From assembly GCA_047495785.1 (NCBI GenBank), contig JBLDXI010000065.1:62001-126000 (forward strand): a stretch of 64,000 nucleotides of DNA, written 5' to 3'. The DNA is from Lepidodermella squamata (lineage: Eukaryota; Animalia; Gastrotricha). The translations under genes and the position numbers were made by a program. Positions 36,199-46,533 of this stretch are shown here, piece after piece; position 1 is the stretch's first letter; the number at the start of each line of letters is the position of its first letter. A model generated the notes under the pieces. The model was not told the DNA's origin and searched no databases. It saw only the letters and a program-made list of their open reading frames with translations.

Positions 36199-39100
36199 CT
36201 AAAAGAGGGAATCGCTACTTCTCATCAGCTGCATGAAATCAATCATGAAATGGCCGTGCGCGAAAGTGTTAATGCCATCGTCACTGACCCATCGCTTATC
36301 ATCATAGGGACACAGGGCAACCTTGGAACTCTGCATCGTAACTAAATTATGGGAGAATGATCGAATCTGATTGAAATTTATATTGACTACTTTTTTGTTC
36401 TTCACGCAATCCCTGTAATGGTCGAATGTCAGCTTCGACTTCACACCATGCCGCTTAACTCCCTTCGCCTTTTTTATTTCATCTTTTTCTGAGTACAAAA
36501 TTGCATAGACCTTGGATCGTGCTCCGGCGAATTCTCGTATTACACGTCCCTTTGCTTCGTCTTTAAATACGCCGTTAGTTTTACAGTTGACAGTTGAGAA
36601 TAGGAAGTGATCTTTAGGATAATCAGAGAAATCGAATAGGTTTTCGATAGGTTTCATGTCTGTGTAAACGTCTTCAGTTGTGATATGGTAGCACAAAGAA
36701 TCTGTGTCTGTGAAAAGAAGCTTAGCTTTGTCGCCGTACTTTCGTTTGATGACATTGTAGTGGAAGTCGTACATATGCACCTTGGACAAATCCAAAATGG
36801 CTGCTCCAACGATAATTGGTCGATCATAAAATATCTCAGTTTTTGCCATTTCCACGCTGAACAGCTCGTCACTTATCTTCTTAGCGTCCTTGAATGTTGG
36901 TTTGTTTACGAGTTTCTGAAGCTTCTTAGGGCAAGTAACCAGTTTTAAGTCAATGCGATTCCGTACGTTCTCACAAGTTTTACCAAAAATGACGTTATTC
37001 ATCAGTTTGAAAAACCCCTTCTCGAATTCATTGCTAGCCTCTTTTCGCTTTCGAGTATTGAATGCGATATAGGGCTCGGCCCAATTGCTCTGTTTGAACT
37101 TCAAAGCTCGGTGCACCTTTTTCAGAACTAAACCATTATCAAGAGCTTGCTGTAGCGCGCGATAGTGCATGACGTAATTTTTCTTGTCGTTCAGATTTTG
37201 TGTTAGCTTTTTCACCTTCGCCGGCCTGTTAAGTCCTAATTGCTTATGCAGATCTTGCATGTGAGGGCTCGGTTCGCAAAGAATATGCTCTGGACAAAAC
37301 GGATAGTCATTATGTGAGTTATGAAGCCTTGCAGGATAGTCGATATCAACCTCCAGCATGTACCCGAATTCGTCTTTGGCCCCAATTGACTTCACGAAAT
37401 CTTTGGTGATTGTTTCAGGACCAATCCATTCGAAGTCTTTCTGCGGTAACCACTGGGTCATCGCGAAAGAATAAAGCGCGTTGGCGTCCCAATACATTAT
37501 AAACGATTTCGGAGCATTTGCGTCATAGTCTGTCATACCTTCGTTGTTAGCCTTCGCGTACCTCCCAGGAATAACAGCTATACCGCCTCTTATGCCTTTT
37601 TCAACGAATTCAAGCATCTCCTTATTATCAAAGAGATCCAGTTCAACACGTGTGTATTTCAACATCGCGTCCCAACTTAACCCAGGTGCACCTAAATAAT
37701 GCGCCGGGTCCAGATCGTAATAGCTTATGCAGGTGTCTCGAAAACTGTCAAAACAATCTGCTAACAAGAGAACATCTGTTTTCAAATACAGGTCGTGGTA
37801 GTCTTTCAGAGTTTTGCAATTCAGTTTTGACCAAACGGCTTGTGCGTGTTCATAATCCTCGTCAGATATAGAAGTTATTTCGATTTTGTTATCATCAAGC
37901 GAACAAGAATTTAGTCTGTTTGAGAAATGTGACTTATTCGGTAGCTGAGTTTCATTCAGTTTGTCGAGGCTATCTATATAATCGTACGGATACACTCCCT
38001 TACGAAGCAGCAGGGATCTTTGTTCAGTTGTGAACTTGGAAAGCTGTTCATCAAAATGAGCGAATCTCTTTCCCGATTTTTTCAGATTACTGACTATTTG
38101 GTCCAGGCTTTCACTCATAAACTGAAACGAATCGATAAATCGAAGTTTGCCTATACTAAAACTTAAATACTTTTCCGAGGAATTAGCTATGACGTCAATC
38201 GTCAACAGGTTTGGTCTTTTCTTTTTGTCTTCTTTTTTGAAATTTGCAATCTTTTCTCCATTGATTTCGTTCACTACTTTTCCGGCTGCCTGCATTATCA
38301 AGTGCGAATCGTACCCACTCAGGTTATGAAAAACAACCGGGATGAAAGAATGCTTGAGATTCAAATTCAGATTGCAGGCATTATGAGCAGCTCCCCTGAA
38401 ACGGCCTGTAAGATGGTCATGATCGCGGACTTTATCGTCGCCCAAGGCGCTTCGGCAAACATGGCAGTGCTGTGCATTATCATAACTTTGTTGCTCTGGT
38501 TGAGATAACACCATGTCTTTATTGGTTTCCTGGATAAATTTCCTCAAACTGTATTGCTTTTTAATCAAGAATCTCAGGAACTGCTCCGCACAATTTGCCC
38601 CTTCAAACTGCCAATACTTCGAACGGATTTCAGGTACCTTACTAGCCAGTAAACATCCGAAGGAATTCGCAACATGCTTCTGATAAATCAAGGACCTACC
38701 CTTTTGAACATCGGAATTCGTTAGCGTAGTCTCCGCATCACAATAGAAAACGAACGGTACTTCAAGCTGCTTGTAGTAATTTTTGAAAATAACTTGGCTA
38801 CCTTTCGGAGGAAACTTCACTATGACGTTGCCATTTACTATGCAATTATGCTCTTTCAGCTTTATTTCGCTGTCAAATCCAGTCAGACACTGTAAGCACC
38901 AATGCTTTTTGTGCTGATCAGAACTAGGTAGCAACCGGCTCAAATTTTTTATCCAGCTGAAGTGTGCTATCACCTTAGCACCGTCTCTGAGAGTAGTTCG
39001 CAGAAGGTTAACTTCTTGGGCGTAAGGTTTCTTCGACGCGTAGTATGAAATGAGGCGATGGCAACCATCTTTTTCTTTGTATTCAATCACGTTGATCTTT

Positions 39101-40242
39101 ATCCTATTCTGATCTTCAAGATTTGAAATGTCGTTCCACGAAATGGGAAACTTGATACCGTCATGTTTCAGTTCATTTTTAAAAAACTTGTACTTGGATG
39201 TTTCCTGTGCATTTTTATCTACTGGATGCAAGCAAGCCAGCATGCTCCAGATAATGCATTCATCGTCGGTGTTTTTAACATTTATAACGGCCTTTTTATC
39301 TGCAATAAACTTCGGTGTTGGAATGTAAGATCCTGTCCCTAACGGGCAGTAGCTGAAAGCACAAACACGGAGTCGCGAAATGTTTTGGAAGATCCATCCG
39401 GAGCCGCGCTGCTCGTAATTCTCAATGGAACCACCAAGTTGAGAGAAGTGTTGGTCTACAACGCTCCCTATGTCATCATATTTCCTGATAACTGGGGCAG
39501 CCTTTACAGCGGAAGACCATTTATGTTCTGATTTACTATTGTTGTCTTTTTTCCAATTCAAATCAGCGTTAAACACTATTTTAATGTTATCATTTTGCTC
39601 TAATTTTTCTTGCACGTAATCAACAACTGATTCTCTAACCTTTTCGGTGAATAGATGGAAATCACTTCCTGAATTATGAGCTTCAATGTCTAACCTATAG
39701 AGGATATTCTTTAAATGCTCGGGATTTTTCTGCTCATTAAATTCCATATAATTGTTATTCTCGAGAGAGTTAATGCGCTCGATATAAATATAGCCGTCGG
39801 CAATCATCTTGTTATACGTTGGTCCACCCCATTTGATGAATTTCAAAGTCTTAGGATTTATGACATGATTTTCTTTCTGCCCTCGGAACACCATTTCACC
39901 AGCAGAATTCAAGATATAGCCATCTTTACGCAGCCTCTGATAGTCCTGGCTGCCCCTTTTTATCTTGCTCACACCTCGTTTCATAAGCTGATTATTCGCT
40001 TCGTCATAGAAAAACTCCTTCTCAAGTTTTTTGAAATTGGACGAACCGATAGAAATATATTTTTGCGTGATAGGATTTAATACTGTTTTCCGTTGGGTTC
40101 TCTCGTAAGGCATCCCACCCTTCGTCCAACGGTTATCTTTTAATTCAAAACCCTTCCTCAATAGCGTATTGTATGCTCGGCCACCAACCTTAATACGACG
40201 ACCGTTAGGTCCCATTACATTGGTTTCACTGTTGTCGGTCAT
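36199..40242 (-). CDS. pPolB: Protein-primed family B DNA polymerase, 1347 aa
   Basis: Exonuclease motifs YCDAET, FHNLSGYDSH and YLKTDVLLL. Polymerase motifs YWDANALY, KLMNNVIFGK and FTDTDS. EndoVII-like CHVC...RDHDHLTGRFRGAAHNACN insert. Confidence 0.97.
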   Translation of the reverse strand: MTDNSETNVMGPNGRRIKVGGRAYNTLLRKGFELKDNRWTKGGMPYERTQRKTVLNPITQKYISIGSSNFKKLEKEFFYDEANNQLMKRGVSKIKRGSQDYQRLRKDGYILNSAGEMVFRGQKENHVINPKTLKFIKWGGPTYNKMIADGYIYIERINSLENNNYMEFNEQKNPEHLKNILYRLDIEAHNSGSDFHLFTEKVRESVVDYVQEKLEQNDNIKIVFNADLNWKKDNNSKSEHKWSSAVKAAPVIRKYDDIGSVVDQHFSQLGGSIENYEQRGSGWIFQNISRLRVCAFSYCPLGTGSYIPTPKFIADKKAVINVKNTDDECIIWSMLACLHPVDKNAQETSKYKFFKNELKHDGIKFPISWNDISNLEDQNRIKINVIEYKEKDGCHRLISYYASKKPYAQEVNLLRTTLRDGAKVIAHFSWIKNLSRLLPSSDQHKKHWCLQCLTGFDSEIKLKEHNCIVNGNVIVKFPPKGSQVIFKNYYKQLEVPFVFYCDAETTLTNSDVQKGRSLIYQKHVANSFGCLLASKVPEIRSKYWQFEGANCAEQFLRFLIKKQYSLRKFIQETNKDMVLSQPEQQSYDNAQHCHVCRSALGDDKVRDHDHLTGRFRGAAHNACNLNLNLKHSFIPVVFHNLSGYDSHLIMQAAGKVVNEINGEKIANFKKEDKKKRPNLLTIDVIANSSEKYLSFSIGKLRFIDSFQFMSESLDQIVSNLKKSGKRFAHFDEQLSKFTTEQRSLLLRKGVYPYDYIDSLDKLNETQLPNKSHFSNRLNSCSLDDNKIEITSISDEDYEHAQAVWSKLNCKTLKDYHDLYLKTDVLLLADCFDSFRDTCISYYDLDPAHYLGAPGLSWDAMLKYTRVELDLFDNKEMLEFVEKGIRGGIAVIPGRYAKANNEGMTDYDANAPKSFIMYWDANALYSFAMTQWLPQKDFEWIGPETITKDFVKSIGAKDEFGYMLEVDIDYPARLHNSHNDYPFCPEHILCEPSPHMQDLHKQLGLNRPAKVKKLTQNLNDKKNYVMHYRALQQALDNGLVLKKVHRALKFKQSNWAEPYIAFNTRKRKEASNEFEKGFFKLMNNVIFGKTCENVRNRIDLKLVTCPKKLQKLVNKPTFKDAKKISDELFSVEMAKTEIFYDRPIIVGAAILDLSKVHMYDFHYNVIKRKYGDKAKLLFTDTDSLCYHITTEDVYTDMKPIENLFDFSDYPKDHFLFSTVNCKTNGVFKDEAKGRVIREFAGARSKVYAILYSEKDEIKKAKGVKRHGVKSKLTFDHYRDCVKNKKVVNINFNQIRSFSHNLVTMQSSKVALCPYDDKRWVSDDGINTFAHGHFMIDFMQLMRSSDSLF

Positions 40243-40334
40243 GATTGTATATATTATACTAAGAAAAAAATCTTTAAGTAATTTTCCGCAATTGCAGAAA
40301 ATCTTATATAGTTTTTTTCTAATGATAATATATA

Positions 40335-40643
40335 ATGACTACAAACACGATTAAGCAAAGAGGTCGCCCGAAGAAATATCTGACTGAAGAAGAACGCGAG
40401 ACAGGCTATCGTGATCAGCATCGTATAGCTTGCAAAAACTATTGGAAGAAAACTATGGAAGTTGTTAGAGCAAGTCGTGCAAACCCTGTACAGGGAAAAT
40501 GTCATGAAGTAACTTCACAAATGGAAGGAGCGATCACAAGTGGCAGAACGTGTGAGCCTAAGCCTGAAAACCTTACGACGAAGGATATAGAGGAAATTAT
40601 AAATCAAATGTTGGCAATAAAACTGCAAAAATTGCTCTCATAG
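40335..40643 (+). CDS. Small basic protein with AT-hook-like motif
   Basis: KQRGRPKK motif; ATG ORF divergent from pPolB. Confidence 0.55.
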   Translation: MTTNTIKQRGRPKKYLTEEERETGYRDQHRIACKNYWKKTMEVVRASRANPVQGKCHEVTSQMEGAITSGRTCEPKPENLTTKDIEEIINQMLAIKLQKLLS

Positions 40644-40668
40644 GCTTCACTGTGCGGTCATGATTGAA

Positions 40669-42090
40669 CTAATCCAACAAGTTATCTGCGGGCTCCCAAG
40701 TCGGCTTATCATATCCTGCCCATTTGACGTGAACCATTTCCTTACCTTTAACTTTCTTTCTTCTCAAAATCTTTTCAACCCGGTAAAGGTTTTCTTGCTG
40801 TTGGGAAGATTTCTGCAATTCCTGTTCGTAGAAGCTACCTACTACTGGTTCACCATCTAGAGCCTCAATTTTATAGGTTCTAGGAAGGGTTTCGTTAACC
40901 TTGACGACTTTGAGAAGTTCTTCACTCCATGAAGGGTGGAAACCTTTTTCAAAGGTCTCTTTCAGTCGACTGATCCTCACAATGTCACCAACAGCGAATT
41001 TGGGCTTAAGTAACTTATTTTCCTCTGATTCCGCGTACAAATTGTTGTGAACGATGTCTCTATTCTTTGGATCAGTCGCCTGAATTGGCGTCATTCGAAT
41101 CGATCTGTGCTTAGTAAGGTTGTACTCTCTAACTAGGTCATCTAATATTGCAACCCAATTGCGTGAGTTGTTTCGTGTAAAGCGTTTCCACATTCTAGTT
41201 TTAAGAGTCCTGTTAAACCTCTCGATCATAGGATTATGAAAATTTTCATAGGTCGAGTACCGATTCACCTTATTTGCTTTCAACCATTTAGTGAAGATTG
41301 AATTATAAAATTCACTGCCCTCATCGACCCAAATATTTTTAGGCTGTCGTCGGCTTGTCTTTATAACTGATGAGAAGGCATCGAAAACACTTTTTGCGTC
41401 TTTTGATTTCAAGGGGACGGCCCATGCATATCTGCTGAAGCAGCATATCACGGTTAAAATGTACTTATAGCCATTATTGTCATCGGTCAAGTCGTTCATG
41501 AAGACGATGTCCATGCCCCATGTGTCGTCAACGTTATGCACATGAACGCGACGTCTTGGAAACCGCTTTCTTGCGGGTTTATGAAGCTCCTCAGCTAATG
41601 TTTCAAACTTCATTTTGCTAACTGTTTCTGATCGCGGCGGCTCTTGTTTTGTCTTTCGCTTCGGAATTTGTTGCGAGTAACTAACAGGTTTCCTATCTCG
41701 AAGAACCATGCCTTTCCCCTGCAGGTGGTCAGCGATTCCACCTTCAACGAACGTTTTGTAGACAAATGCTGCCATAGCCCTCTCGTAACCACTTTTCGAT
41801 AGATCGCTTGCAATCCTGAGTGCCTTGTCTGCAAGAATTCTATCGCTAACGGTGCGTCGCTCTCTGTCTTTGTAAAAGTGATAGGCAGCGTCATGTTCTC
41901 TGGCTGCCTCGTCCAACTCATTTATACCTCTGTAGCCCTGCCTCATTCTTTGCGCAAAATGTGTTCCTGGGCCAGCGTAGCTATATGACTGCTTATTGTT
42001 ATAAGACCCTCCAGGAACGATTTCTCCTTGAACGGGATAACTCGGTAAATGAAATTCCACCGGCAAGCTGTTAATTATTCTGTCAAACAT
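40669..42090 (-). CDS. int: PLA2-like domain + retroviral-type DDE integrase + C-terminal chromodomain, 473 aa
   Basis: YAGPGT...LDEAAREHDAAY (parvovirus-type PLA2). WGMDIVF / WVDEGSEF / IERFNRTLK (DDE). YRVEKIL...VKWAGYDKPTWEPADNL (chromodomain). Confidence 0.95.
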   Translation of the reverse strand: MFDRIINSLPVEFHLPSYPVQGEIVPGGSYNNKQSYSYAGPGTHFAQRMRQGYRGINELDEAAREHDAAYHFYKDRERRTVSDRILADKALRIASDLSKSGYERAMAAFVYKTFVEGGIADHLQGKGMVLRDRKPVSYSQQIPKRKTKQEPPRSETVSKMKFETLAEELHKPARKRFPRRRVHVHNVDDTWGMDIVFMNDLTDDNNGYKYILTVICCFSRYAWAVPLKSKDAKSVFDAFSSVIKTSRRQPKNIWVDEGSEFYNSIFTKWLKANKVNRYSTYENFHNPMIERFNRTLKTRMWKRFTRNNSRNWVAILDDLVREYNLTKHRSIRMTPIQATDPKNRDIVHNNLYAESEENKLLKPKFAVGDIVRISRLKETFEKGFHPSWSEELLKVVKVNETLPRTYKIEALDGEPVVGSFYEQELQKSSQQQENLYRVEKILRRKKVKGKEMVHVKWAGYDKPTWEPADNLLD

Positions 42091-42126
42091 TATTCATTAG
42101 GACTTGAAAATCTAAATAAAGAGCAA

Positions 42127-42819
42127 ATGATTAATTGGGACAGCATCGTTCAATCACAGCGACAGGAGTACAAAAATGGATCGCCCTTTTTCCCTCAGCA
42201 TCCTTTTCGATGTCTTATTATTGGACCGTCCGGGACCGGAAAGACTTCAGATCTTTTGACTATACTGCATAACTCATTTTTTCACAAGATCTACTTATAT
42301 AGTAAAACTCTAGATGAGGACAAGTACGAGTACTTGATTAGGCTTCAGAAACAAAAGGAAGACATTCTTTCCAAGCAAGGAATTTCAGTAAGCCTTGTTC
42401 ACTCTTCCAATGACATTTCTGAAGTCATGCCTCTTGAGAGCCTGGATAAAAGTTTCCAGCATGCTTATGCTTTCGACGATATCTGCATGGAGCAAAAGAA
42501 GCTGCAAGAAACACATATCGGTGCAATGTGGATAAGATGCCGAAAATACAACGCGTCAGCCTTTTATCTTTCGCAGTCATATTTTAAGATCCCAAAGACA
42601 ATTAGGGATAATGCCGATTTTGTTGTGCTGAAGAAGCTGGCAGACAACAGGGAGCTGAGCCTAATTCATCGAATATACGCCCCCTCAATTAAGACAACAG
42701 AGTTTATTGCCAAGTACAATGAAGCCGTAAGCCTTCCTCATGGTTCGTTTATCATTGACGGTCAAAGCAAGCCACAGTGTCTAAGACTAAGAGCTAACTA
42801 CGCTTCAATCTTCGCCTAA
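42127..42819 (+). CDS. A32/FtsK-like genome packaging ATPase
   Basis: Walker A GPSGTGKT, Walker B YAFDD, and LSQSYFKIPKTIRDN. Start moved to ATG 42127 to avoid overlap with the integrase. Confidence 0.93.
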   Translation: MINWDSIVQSQRQEYKNGSPFFPQHPFRCLIIGPSGTGKTSDLLTILHNSFFHKIYLYSKTLDEDKYEYLIRLQKQKEDILSKQGISVSLVHSSNDISEVMPLESLDKSFQHAYAFDDICMEQKKLQETHIGAMWIRCRKYNASAFYLSQSYFKIPKTIRDNADFVVLKKLADNRELSLIHRIYAPSIKTTEFIAKYNEAVSLPHGSFIIDGQSKPQCLRLRANYASIFA

Positions 42820-42959
42820 TCATTTTTAACTATTAGAAATTAGTTTAAATTATCTATCAAACAGTTTGAATTATCTTAGCTTTGCTGATTATCTCCAATA
42901 TAAGATGAGTTCAACTGAGCGTTCAATGGGCGATCATTTGGCGTTCAAAAAGCGATCAT

Positions 42960-44063
42960 GTGGCTAACGAGGAGCGACCGCTGGGCGAACAAGGAGCGAT
43001 TTATTCTAGTCAGAGTGATATGCCGCTACGCGAATTAACAACTGATGAACAAATTCGAATTCTTGAAGATTTAGATAAGCAGGAAAAGATGTACGACCGA
43101 CACTTGGCCATGGTTAAAGGCGATGTATATGCTTTAAAGTATAAGCATAGTGTAAATGTTGAACCCGATCCCCTTACAGCTTTGCAAGAGACTTACAGGC
43201 AGATGCCAACTGTGGAAGCAATAAGATCAGTTGCCAAGGAGCTCAAACAAACAGCAAAGAGAAGCTTACCAACAGCTAATCACCCGCATCGTCTGGAAGC
43301 GGTATTACCAAAGGCGGAGCCGACAACTGAAGAGGCGAAGGAATCAGTGGAGAACATAGTTTTGAAGAGACATAACTTCCCCACAGCTAAAGAGATTGAA
43401 GAGGCTGGGGCTGATCCCGCGCATATTATTGTATCTCTTTCGCACTATAATAAAAATGTTTTGGGCTCCCAATTAGCTCAACTCACTAAAAAAGGATACA
43501 AAGACTCTCCACAGTATCAATCGATTCAAAATGATATACAAATTTTGAAAAACTTCAAGAACTCGTTGCTTGAGACTTTTGAGAATCAACGGGTGCTACT
43601 TGAGAAATCTGGTACAGGTATATCCAACAATTATTTAAAAATTGGTAGGTTTTACGCCAGAAAAGACGACATAAAGCGAGGGGTTTTAAGGATTCGCAAG
43701 AAGAATAAAGGTAAAGTGCAAGGTTTAGCCGATATAGACATAAGTGATGGTGTCAAACAATTGCTCTTGAAAAGGTACAATCCGAAGGTGAACTTTTCTA
43801 AGCAAGACTACGATCAATATCAAAAAATTTGTGAACTGACTGGATATCGACCCAAACCCCATTCTAAAATCTGGAACAGAATTTACGTAACTGATGTTGT
43901 TGATGCCCAAAAGAGGCTTGTAAACGCGATTGGTGAAATCAGAGCGGGAAACAATAACGCTGAAATATATAACGAAGTTGTGAGCATTGCAGATTTTCTT
44001 TTGAAGAACAATAGATTGACCAAAGCTGAATACGAAAATCTAATAACAATGGTAAATGGGTGA
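42960..44063 (+). CDS. Conserved Polinton protein (PZ-like); start uncertain
   Basis: C-terminal RL...GEIRAGNNN..IYNE...I motif and position between ATPase and penton. Confidence 0.65.
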   Translation: MANEERPLGEQGAIYSSQSDMPLRELTTDEQIRILEDLDKQEKMYDRHLAMVKGDVYALKYKHSVNVEPDPLTALQETYRQMPTVEAIRSVAKELKQTAKRSLPTANHPHRLEAVLPKAEPTTEEAKESVENIVLKRHNFPTAKEIEEAGADPAHIIVSLSHYNKNVLGSQLAQLTKKGYKDSPQYQSIQNDIQILKNFKNSLLETFENQRVLLEKSGTGISNNYLKIGRFYARKDDIKRGVLRIRKKNKGKVQGLADIDISDGVKQLLLKRYNPKVNFSKQDYDQYQKICELTGYRPKPHSKIWNRIYVTDVVDAQKRLVNAIGEIRAGNNNAEIYNEVVSIADFLLKNNRLTKAEYENLITMVNG

Positions 44064-44796
44064 TCCAATATTTCTGCCTTTGGAATATTACTGCAATAAC
44101 AGGTCGGACGCCAGCAACGTCATCGATCGTTACCTGAATGATAAGATCGATTTCACAAAGCGCAGCATCGCCGTTTCCTACATTCACTTTTACGATGTTT
44201 TTTATAATGTATCACATGCTTCAGGTAATAGTAAGCTCAGATATAAAGATCCAGAAGACAAAACTTTTGAAATACGATTTCCTGATGGAACCTTCACTTT
44301 TCGTGATTATAACAATTATATTCACTTTGTTATGAAGGGAAACGGCCATTTCAAGACCATCGACGGCTCAGAAGTTTACGGCATAAGCTTGTCTGTCAAT
44401 ACTGTTCTGAATAAACTGAGCTTTCGAATTCAACCAGGTTACGCTCTTCTGATCGAGCATGATGCTACGTCTGAATTTCTAGGTGTAGACAAAGGCGAAT
44501 TCCGGGCAGATTTTAATGGGCAGCATATTCCTAACATCACGATGTCAAATGACTCGATGTTTGTTCACTGTAACGTCGTCAATAATAGCCTAGTCCCGGA
44601 GGTTAGTGATGTCATCTTCACCTGTCCGATTAACAAAAATTTCGGTCAACACGTTAACATTGTTCCAAATGAGAAACGCTACTTGTCCTGTACGAATGCT
44701 AATACACAAAACATAAAAATAACGCTCACCACCCAGGCTGGTGCACCACTGGAGATGACTGAAAGAAAATGGGGTATTGGTCTTGATATTCGCTAG
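44056..44796 (+). CDS. Minor capsid protein (penton, single jelly-roll)
   Basis: FYNVS...FPDGTF..DYN and FVHCNVVNNS...DVIFT motifs, beta-rich, 246 aa. Confidence 0.78.
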   Translation: MGDPIFLPLEYYCNNRSDASNVIDRYLNDKIDFTKRSIAVSYIHFYDVFYNVSHASGNSKLRYKDPEDKTFEIRFPDGTFTFRDYNNYIHFVMKGNGHFKTIDGSEVYGISLSVNTVLNKLSFRIQPGYALLIEHDATSEFLGVDKGEFRADFNGQHIPNITMSNDSMFVHCNVVNNSLVPEVSDVIFTCPINKNFGQHVNIVPNEKRYLSCTNANTQNIKITLTTQAGAPLEMTERKWGIGLDIR

Positions 44797-44819
44797 CTTT
44801 TTCTAGTTACTTTGTTATA

Positions 44820-45119
44820 ATGAAAAATCGCAGAACAAAAGCATATGTCGTAGGACGCGGTTATGTAGACATCGCAAAAAATATGCTCGACAGATTTACC
44901 GGTCTCTTACCGGTTCAGACTTTGGCCAAATCAGCTCTATCAAAGGCAGCGGAAGTTGCCGGTGACAAAATAGGTGCCTATGCCGCGAACAAACTTGCAG
45001 ACAAAGTGCTGCCGGCAAAACAAGCTGAGCGCTCTATCCACGCTATTGAGGAGCTAGAGAAGAAAATCAAAAGAGACATCGATAATTACACTGGAACTGG
45101 CTTTAAGCTGATACGCTAA
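44820..45119 (+). CDS. Small virion core-like protein
   Basis: Basic N-terminus, GxG putative protease sites (VGRG, TGTG), Ala-rich helix, located between the capsid genes. Confidence 0.6.
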   Translation: MKNRRTKAYVVGRGYVDIAKNMLDRFTGLLPVQTLAKSALSKAAEVAGDKIGAYAANKLADKVLPAKQAERSIHAIEELEKKIKRDIDNYTGTGFKLIR

Positions 45120-45138
45120 ATATCTAATGCCTATTTAA

Positions 45139-46512
45139 ATGCTTCAATCCGAAATAGTGAACTGTCTCTTTGAGAGTCCGACCATAGATGATCGGCAGTT
45201 CGAAAGGAAAAGCTGGGCCGAGGTTTGTGCAACAAGTTTTATACAGGATCAGCCCTCTCAGCCTTCTCGCCTTATCTTTTCTACATATAACTTGCGTGAG
45301 TTGTTTTTATTGCCGAGGGAAGCCTATATTCAATTGAGTGTTGAGTTCCGGCGAAACGATAGTCAGGCTTTCAAAGCAACCGACAAGTACGCAATTAGGA
45401 ACCATGTTATATCCATGTTTGAAACAGTTGAAGTGCAAGTAGGTGATAATGATAACCAGGTAGAGCAAACACGTTATAACGAACACTGGAGCTCGTTGCT
45501 GGGCGTTATTCACTGGTCGGATGACTACGCGCGAAGTCTTGGGGAAGAATCTCTTTTCGCCAGAGACTACCCAGCCCATGTCAATTATGAAATGACTCCT
45601 GAAGTTACAGCAGAAAGTTTCGATCCTGCGAAGAACAGCTGCAACGAGGGACTACTCTTGAGATCCTTGTATGTTAAAGATCATAAGATGGTTGTCACAC
45701 TTTACTTAAGGGACATTCCTTTCTTCCAAAATTATTTTGGGATGTGGACCAAGGCGAGATTTCGAGTGATATTAACACCAAATTACACCAAACCCATAGT
45801 CGCAGCCATAGGGAAAAACGATGATTTGCCGGAAGGGATGCATTTCCAGATTTCTTCAGCTTATATGTTTATTCCGGAAGTCACATTGATGCCTGAAACT
45901 AGAGCACGCATTTTGAAAGCTTTCAATACGGGTCTCACGAAAGTTTACAAATGGCAATCGCTAGAATGCTTTCAGAGCCCCCAGTTTGCTGTGAATAGTT
46001 CTTCAGTACAATGGACAATCACATCTGAGATGAAAAAACCAAGCTGGCTGTATATTGTATTCTTGCAAGACTTCTCAGACGCAGAGTATCAAACTAAACT
46101 GACACAAATTTACACTCAATGGAATATATTCAGCTACTCTCTCATGATAAACAATAAGGAGGCGTTTGCCGAGGCCAACATGAACTTTTCACGCTTCAAC
46201 GCTCACCGGCTCTATAACTATATTAAGGAAAACATGAACCATTTCAACGATCGCGAAAGCACGAACACTGGTAGTCAGCTTAGTTACCTTGATTTTTGTC
46301 GATTTTACCGTTTCCTGGCATTCAATCTGGAAAGTGTAGATGCCGGTGCTATATATAATTCACGCGGTGACCAAAGCGTGAGTGTCACATTTAAAGCTAG
46401 AATCAGTCCTGTCGATAAGCCATTAGTTATGTTTTGTTTCATTTTTAGGGAAAAAGAAATAGGCTTCAACTACAAAGACGATAAGCTCGAGATAAGCCTT
46501 AACATGCTGTGA
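45139..46512 (+). CDS. Major capsid protein (double jelly-roll)
   Basis: 457 aa, beta-rich, LLPREAYIQLSVEF, SAYMFIPEVTL and KPSWLYIVF patterns, canonical position in the virion module. Confidence 0.8.
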   Translation: MLQSEIVNCLFESPTIDDRQFERKSWAEVCATSFIQDQPSQPSRLIFSTYNLRELFLLPREAYIQLSVEFRRNDSQAFKATDKYAIRNHVISMFETVEVQVGDNDNQVEQTRYNEHWSSLLGVIHWSDDYARSLGEESLFARDYPAHVNYEMTPEVTAESFDPAKNSCNEGLLLRSLYVKDHKMVVTLYLRDIPFFQNYFGMWTKARFRVILTPNYTKPIVAAIGKNDDLPEGMHFQISSAYMFIPEVTLMPETRARILKAFNTGLTKVYKWQSLECFQSPQFAVNSSSVQWTITSEMKKPSWLYIVFLQDFSDAEYQTKLTQIYTQWNIFSYSLMINNKEAFAEANMNFSRFNAHRLYNYIKENMNHFNDRESTNTGSQLSYLDFCRFYRFLAFNLESVDAGAIYNSRGDQSVSVTFKARISPVDKPLVMFCFIFREKEIGFNYKDDKLEISLNML

Positions 46513-46533
46513 ATTTTCTAACTTAGAATAATA

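Noticed and set aside
42049-42126. ORF-track N-terminal extension of the ATPase
   Set aside because: It overlaps the integrase start on the opposite strand; ATG 42127 is more plausible.
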